DNA of 12,143 bases, taken from Candidatus Hadarchaeota archaeon. Lineage in GTDB: Archaea > CAYQAE01 > CAYVLA01. The position numbers and the translations under genes are program-made. Shown piece by piece: positions 7,648 through 12,143 of the stretch (position 1 is the first letter of the stretch; every line of letters starts with the position of its first letter). The stretch spans positions 1-12,143 of the forward strand of contig CAZUNO010000047.1 of NCBI GenBank assembly GCA_964621445.1, given 5' to 3'. The notes under the pieces are model-generated. The model had not been told where the DNA came from and searched no databases. It worked only from the letters and a program-made list of their open reading frames with translations.

Positions 7648-9140
7648 ATGACCCCAAGCCCGACCGCACTTCCCGGGTACTCGCCCCACGGAGACCCCGC
7701 GAGAAACCTCAACACACGCGGGCCAGAGATATTGGCGGTATGCGCGTGCCTCCTGTTGAGCCCGGTGCTCGGTGTCCCCTCCTTTGATAGCGACGAGAGG
7801 ATCGTGGGAACCTACTACTTCTACTGGTACGACTGGAATTCGAGCCTTCACTTCTTCGTCGGGGCCGAGGACGCCCTGACCAATCACCCGCCCGAAATCG
7901 AATGGGTGAGCTACCTGAGCGAGGAGTGGCATAAGGGGGAGCTTCTGGATATGATGGATGCCGGGATCGACTTCCTCCTGCCGGTGTACTGGGGCGATTC
8001 GTACGCGTTGCCCTGGTCGGGCATAGGGGTAGAGAGGTTGGTCGATGCCGAGGAGCAGATTATAGCTCGAGGCATGCGGCCTCCGAAGATAGGGATGTTC
8101 TACGACACCACATCGCTGATGCTCGAGCACAGGTACCGTGGCATGCCCGGCGAAAGGCCTAACCTGAGCACCGAGTACGGAAAGGACCTGTTCTACTCGA
8201 TGATACGAGACTTCTATCGTCGCATCCCGGAAGCGCTCTGGGCGAGGCTGGATTCGGCGGCTGTGGTGTGGCTCTACTCCTCGGCATGGGTCTCGGACTA
8301 TGATCAGAGCCTGGTCGAGTATACGCGGCGGAGGTTCCGGGAGGATTTCAACTCGAGCGTGTTCATTGTCCGTGAGAGGTCGTGGAGTCTGGACACGGAT
8401 ATGAAGTACGGCTGGGGGGCCGCACTTGGTCCGTCGCTCCTGGATGTGACGGCGATAGGTCCAGGCTTCGATAACGAGGGGGCGGTGAGATGTTACGGTC
8501 AGCAACCGCTTGAGCGAGATCGGCTCGATGGATACAGCTACAGGGATGATTGGGAAGAGGCGCTGCGGGCGGCCTCAAACATAATCGTGATCGAAACGTG
8601 GAATGAGCTTCACGAGGGGACCGAGATATGTGAGACGGTTGAGCTGGGCCGGAAGTACATAGAGATCACGGCCGAGTACGCCCGCGCCTTCAAGGAGGGT
8701 TCGTGGGAAAACCTTAAGGAGATCGATTCTGAGGTTTCCCTGGATCCGATGAGGCTGCAGGGCGGGTCTGCGGAAACCATGGCCATTAACATAACCGTGA
8801 TGAATCGCGGTTGGAGAAGCTGGCCCGAGTACCTGGACCTCGTTTCCTCTTCCTGGGCATCGACTCCTCGGGAAGGACCAGCCGCACCGTTCACCTCGAC
8901 TTCCCGCACCGCCTCTCGACAGATGAGGGACACTCGGAGATCGCTCACCTAGGGCTACCGGGCGTCGAGGGGGAATACAGGGCGTTGGTCTCGACAAGCT
9001 ACCTGGACAGACAGCTGGAGATGACCGCGGTCGTCCCCGAGACCTCCGCGCTCCCAGCCCTCATTCTGCTCGGGGCATTGATTGCCAAATCGAACTCAGT
9101 CACTGGCCTAGTACCTGCGGCCTGCATGCAAATAGTGTAA
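7648..9140 (+). pseudogene. Secreted DUF5010-like (GH99/GH71-like) protein with Ig-like domain and VPE-TM C-terminal anchor; apparent 1-nt frameshift near 8841 (pseudogene or sequence error), about 497 aa when rejoined
   Basis: Hydrophobic ILAVCACLLLSPVLG, then VGTYYFYWY, ELLDMMDAGIDFLLPVYWG, PPKIGMFYDT, GPGFD and IETWNELHEGT. ORF 7648-8952 degenerates into low-complexity sequence after WPEYLDL, while the -1 frame (8811-9140) continues FLFLG...LDFPHRL...LGLPGVEGEYRALVS...VVPETSALPALILLGALIAK. The start codon is uncertain. Confidence 0.75.
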
Positions 9141-9144
9141 TAAG
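9138..9144 (+). promoter_or_regulatory. Possible TATA box for paralogue B
   Basis: TAATAAG lies 24-30 nt upstream of GTG 9168, the same spacing as for paralogue A. It overlaps the TAA TAA stop of the upstream gene, so it may be coincidental. Confidence 0.35.
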
Positions 9145-9167
9145 GCTAGAAATGGCATGGTCTTAGC

Positions 9168-10430
9168 GTGGTCAGGAAGAGGGCTCTCGGAGCGTTGGCT
9201 GTTCTTCTATTGTTCACGGGATCGGTCTTCGCCCAGGACAAGCCGAGGAGGATCAAGGTGATGGGGACCGGCAGGGCCCTGAGCATGCCTATACTGGCCT
9301 CTTGGTTTATCACCGAGCCGTCAACGGACCCACTCATCGTGCCCACCAGGGCGCACGGCGATGTCCAGCCGAGGGACATAAGGCGTTTCGTGAGGATCTA
9401 CTTTCCGCGGAGTTATGAGAGTTTGCTGGATTACGAGTTCTTCTTCCTGGCTCAGATCGATATGTTTTCCCTCAGCGACCAGCAGCAGCAATGGCTCTAC
9501 GATGGGCTGACGAATTATCGGAAGGGCGGCGTCAATACGAGGAGCGCAAACAGCGTGAACGCCAATTTCTACATGCCGTGGGTCGAGAGCCAGGTCTCCG
9601 ATGTATTTCCCAATGATGCGTTAGCGGTCATATCCAGCGACAGGAACTTCGATTCCCCTGAGGGTCCTCTGATCATCAGGGGTGACGCGGATCTGCCAAA
9701 TATCATGAAACCCTACAAGGCGACGATCGAGCGTATCATCCCGTGGTACGTGAGTCATCAGAACCCCTTCCCGCTCACCATACCAAAACCGGGTTCAACG
9801 ATCCTATCCTACACGCGGAACAGCCAGGGAATCGAGTCTCCGGTCCCCGGGCAGATCGCCCAGGTCTTCTACTGGCGCTGGAACAAGTCCATAACCTTCA
9901 CTTTCAGGGGCGTGGTCTACGATCCGTTCTGGAGCACATCCCCGTCCGGGGCTCAAGATGCGAATCCGTATGCCCTGGACATCATTTCCAATATCGTCTG
10001 GTTCAGCACCGGGAGGTATCTGCCCGCCGACCATTTCAAGGTGCACGACTTCAGGCGCGACCTCTTCGACTTCGGGCTCCAGCAGAGCGTCCTCACCAGT
10101 CTCCTGGACTTCGCGGAGATCTTCGGCGCCAATCCAGCCGACGAGTACGCCAGGCTCTCGGACATTCAGGACATCCGGACCCAGGCGTCGGACTACTACC
10201 TCGAGGGAGACTTCGACGCCGCCTACGAGGAGATGGGGATGGCCCTGCGGTCCATGGATGGGCTCCAGGAAGAGGTGGTTAGACTGAAAGACCGTGCGAT
10301 GTTGTGGGTCTACGTGGTGGAGTGGCCAATCACCACCGCGGTTTTCCTGATCGCGGGCTTCGTGCTCTGGACCCTGATGGTGAGGAGGAGGCTCTACAGC
10401 CATGTCTCCACCACCGCACTTTCTCGATGA
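9168..10430 (+). CDS. Membrane-anchored hypothetical protein (paralogue B), 420 aa
   Basis: Signal peptide MVRKRALGALAVLLLFTGSVFA/Q and C-terminal TM WVYVVEWPITTAVFLIAGFVLWTLM followed by RRRLY. It shares FVRIYFPRSYE, GGxNxRS, FPND, ANPY..DII.N, STGR.LP.D, FAE.FGAN and KDRA..W.Y with 4523-5779. Confidence 0.9.
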   Translation: MVRKRALGALAVLLLFTGSVFAQDKPRRIKVMGTGRALSMPILASWFITEPSTDPLIVPTRAHGDVQPRDIRRFVRIYFPRSYESLLDYEFFFLAQIDMFSLSDQQQQWLYDGLTNYRKGGVNTRSANSVNANFYMPWVESQVSDVFPNDALAVISSDRNFDSPEGPLIIRGDADLPNIMKPYKATIERIIPWYVSHQNPFPLTIPKPGSTILSYTRNSQGIESPVPGQIAQVFYWRWNKSITFTFRGVVYDPFWSTSPSGAQDANPYALDIISNIVWFSTGRYLPADHFKVHDFRRDLFDFGLQQSVLTSLLDFAEIFGANPADEYARLSDIQDIRTQASDYYLEGDFDAAYEEMGMALRSMDGLQEEVVRLKDRAMLWVYVVEWPITTAVFLIAGFVLWTLMVRRRLYSHVSTTALSR

Positions 10431-10499
10431 TCACCTGGCCCTCGGTCCATCCCGCCTCGAATGTTTGGCTGATGTGCGGATGTCCAAAAAATAGCTTTC

Positions 10500-10513
10500 G
10501 TATCTGTTTAGCT
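10500..10513 (+). repeat. IS66 left terminal inverted repeat
   Basis: GTATCTGTTTAGCT, 13/14 match to the reverse complement of 12129-12142. Confidence 0.88.
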
Positions 10514-10547
10514 CTGGTTGAGTTTTGGTTTTGGTCCGGGTTTTTAT

Positions 10548-10562
10548 CGAAAGATTTAAATA
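10548..10562 (+). promoter_or_regulatory. BRE plus TATA box of the IS promoter
   Basis: Purine-rich CGAAAGA is followed immediately by TTTAAATA (10555-10562), 25-32 nt upstream of ATG 10587. Confidence 0.7.
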
Positions 10563-10566
10563 TATA

Positions 10567-10585
10567 GTATAAACATTGTTTATAC
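10567..10585. promoter_or_regulatory. Perfect palindrome, putative operator
   Basis: GTATAAACA-T-TGTTTATAC: perfect 9-bp arms with a 1-nt spacer, located between the TATA box and ATG 10587. Confidence 0.65.
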
Positions 10586-10586
10586 C

Positions 10587-10748
10587 ATGTCGAGTGTGGT
10601 CACTTCCAAGACGATAAAGGTCTCTATCTCTGAAGAGGTAGAGGAAGTCCTCAAGAAGAGCATCGTGCCCATTGGGAATGGAGGCCACGTTATCTGTCCC
10701 AAGGAACATATTGGGAAGACGGTGTACCTCGTGGTGTGCAAGGAATGA
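10587..10748 (+). CDS. DUF2080-family transposase-associated small protein (AbrB-like), 53 aa; absent from the ORF track
   Basis: Hand translation gives MSSVVTSKTIKVSISEEVEEVLKKSIVPIGNGGHVICPKEHIGKTVYLVVCKE*. The K.IVPIGNGGHV.CPKEHIGKTVYLVV pattern is characteristic of DUF2080. Its stop overlaps the transposase start (ATGA, 10745-10748). Confidence 0.85.
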   Translation: MSSVVTSKTIKVSISEEVEEVLKKSIVPIGNGGHVICPKEHIGKTVYLVVCKE

Positions 10749-12134
10749 GCTCCCAGACCCAGGGATCTGTACAGTTCCCTGGGTGCTGCTCGACCTGTCC
10801 CCGGGTAGCGAGTCTCGAGGACAGGGTGGAGGAGTTAGAGGCTGAGAACCGGGAGTTGAGAGAGAGGCTTTGTGTGGAGGGGAAGAGGTACCGGAGGCTG
10901 TGGAACAGGTATAGGAGGTACAGGAACCCTCACACTCCTCCGAGCAAGAGGCTGGGATCGAACAGGACCCGGTCGTCGAAGCCGAGGACCGGGCAGGGGA
11001 GTCCTGGGCGGAAGAAAGGCCACAAGGGGACTACCAGGCCTCGGCCCAAGCCTGACGAGACGGTGACGGTTACCGAAGAGGTGTGTTCTGGCTGTGGAGC
11101 TAGGCTCGGGGAGCCGGGTGAGACGGAGACCCGGGTTATAGAGGACATCCCCGAGCCAGGCCCGGTGAGAGCCACCGAGTACAGGATCGGTCACTACCCG
11201 GTGCCCGGGCTGCGGGGAGGAGACGGTAGCCACGCACCCCGACCTCCCACCGGAGGGGAGGTTGGGCTACAACGCGGTGGTGCAGACCACTCTCTACAAG
11301 TACCACGCGAGATCAGTGCACAGGAAGACCAGGGACCCCCTCGGCGCACTGGACGGGCTCCAACTGTCCAGCGGCACGGTGTTCGATCTTACCAGGAGAG
11401 CCAGTGACTGGCTCCGCCCTCACTACATGGAGGTTGTTCAAAAGATAAGGGATGCCGACGTGCTGTACGCAGACGAGACAGGTATGAAAGTGGATGGAGA
11501 GAAGGGATGGATCTGGACCTTCAACTGTGACCAGGCCACGCTGTTCGTGATGAGGATGAGCAGAGGTAGAAAAGTCCTGGACCAGGTTCTGGGCGACGAG
11601 TTCCAGGGAAAGATGGTGGTGGACGGGTGGAGATCCTACCCAGCATACACCAAGAACCTGCAAAGATGCTGGGCCCACCTGTTAAGAGAAGCAGACGACC
11701 TAGAGGCCACCGGGAGCAGTGAGGAAGGGAGAGAGATCGCCCAGGAACTACACCACATATACAACCAGCTCAACACCTTTATCCAGGGAAACCCTCCACC
11801 GAGGGACAGGGAGGCCAAAAAACAGTGGGCGATGTGGATGATGAGGAATCTGATAGAGAAGGAGTACAGCGACCAGAAGGTGGTGAAACTAGTGGGGAAG
11901 ATCAGGAACGGCCTCCACCACTGGTTCACATTCATCACCGACCCTGACCTCGAACCAACAAACAACCGCGCTGAACGAGCTCTCAGAGAACACGTCGTGC
12001 AACGAAAAATAATCGGAACCCTCAGAAACCAGAAAGGCATGCAGATCCACGAAACCATAACCACCATGCTAGCCACATGGAACCAGAAAGGACTAGACCC
12101 ACACCAACAAATGCACAAAACAATACGAAGCTAA
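10745..12134 (+). pseudogene. IS66-family DDE transposase (TnpC-like), about 462 aa when rejoined, interrupted by a 1-nt insertion at the C run 11197-11199
   Basis: Frame A has a coiled coil (LEDRVEELEAENRELRERL), NPHTPPSK, GRKKGHKG, CSGCG and IEDIPEP..EYRIGHY. Skipping one C gives RCPGCGEETVATHPDLPPEGRLGYN, which completes the Zn finger and joins frame B (ADETG, VDGW, QRCWAHLLRE, PTNNRAERALR). The stop TAA lies inside the right inverted repeat. Confidence 0.88.
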
Positions 12135-12142
12135 ACACATAC
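12129..12142 (-). repeat. IS66 right terminal inverted repeat
   Basis: AGCTAAACACATAC, the reverse complement of the left end with one mismatch. Confidence 0.88.
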
Positions 12143-12143
12143 T

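Larger units (their letters stand above)
10500..12142 (+). mobile_element. IS66-family insertion sequence, archaeal two-gene type (small DUF2080-like gene plus transposase), 1643 bp, both ends present
   Basis: Terminal inverted repeats GTATCTGTTTAGCT (10500-10513) and AGCTAAACACATAC (12129-12142; reverse complement GTATGTGTTTAGCT) match at 13/14 and start with GTA like IS66 ends. The element encloses IS66 transposase motifs. An 8-bp target duplication would be TAGCTTTC (10492-10499); only its first base T (12143) is visible on the right. Confidence 0.9.

Noticed and set aside
7288-8505. 406-codon N-terminal extension of the 879-aa minus-strand ORF (apparent giant sulfatase fusion)
   Set aside because: Most of it is the antisense shadow of the DUF5010-like gene and shows no recognisable domain. 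Sulfatase homology begins at ATG 7287.
8842-8952. Ser/Thr/Pro-rich linker-like tail of ORF 7648-8952
   Set aside because: It is better explained as out-of-frame translation after the frameshift, since the alternative frame gives an Ig-like domain and an anchor.
10431-10709. 92-aa minus-strand ORF and the overlapping 10304-10567 plus-strand ORF
   Set aside because: They cross the IS left boundary; the minus ORF is antisense to the DUF2080 gene and the plus ORF overlaps paralogue B out of frame, so neither is likely to be a real gene.
11262-12134. Independent 290-aa second transposase gene, or programmed frameshifting
   Set aside because: The frame is open and homologous from 11199 (CPGC), so it is the continuation of one gene. 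No slippery sequence is present and the needed shift is +1.
1-12143. CRISPR array, tRNA, rRNA, reverse transcriptase or defence genes
   Set aside because: No regularly spaced repeats, cloverleaf or rRNA signatures, or relevant protein motifs were seen.

Overview
A probably archaeal accessory region. The domain call is inferred from TATA-like boxes about 24-38 nt upstream of four start codons, a DUF2080-type small gene inside an IS66-family element, and a VPE+transmembrane C-terminal tail. Bases 267-10430 form a sulfatase and glycan-processing cluster: three divergent cytoplasmic Cys-type (formylglycine) sulfatases, two GH99/GH71-like proteins (one WbsX-like and cytoplasmic; one secreted DUF5010-like with an Ig-like domain and membrane anchor, split by a 1-nt frameshift), and two ~420-aa membrane-anchored paralogues of unknown function in mirror arrangement. 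The window ends with an IS66-family element (10500-12142, both 14-bp terminal inverted repeats present). It carries a 53-aa DUF2080/AbrB-like gene missed by the ORF track, a perfect operator-like palindrome over its promoter, and a transposase broken by a 1-nt insertion. The most notable oddities are an in-frame amber codon separating sulfatases 1 and 2, a 24-bp in-frame direct repeat bracketing the start of sulfatase 3, and the IS autoregulation architecture. All family calls come from motif recognition by eye; no searches were run.
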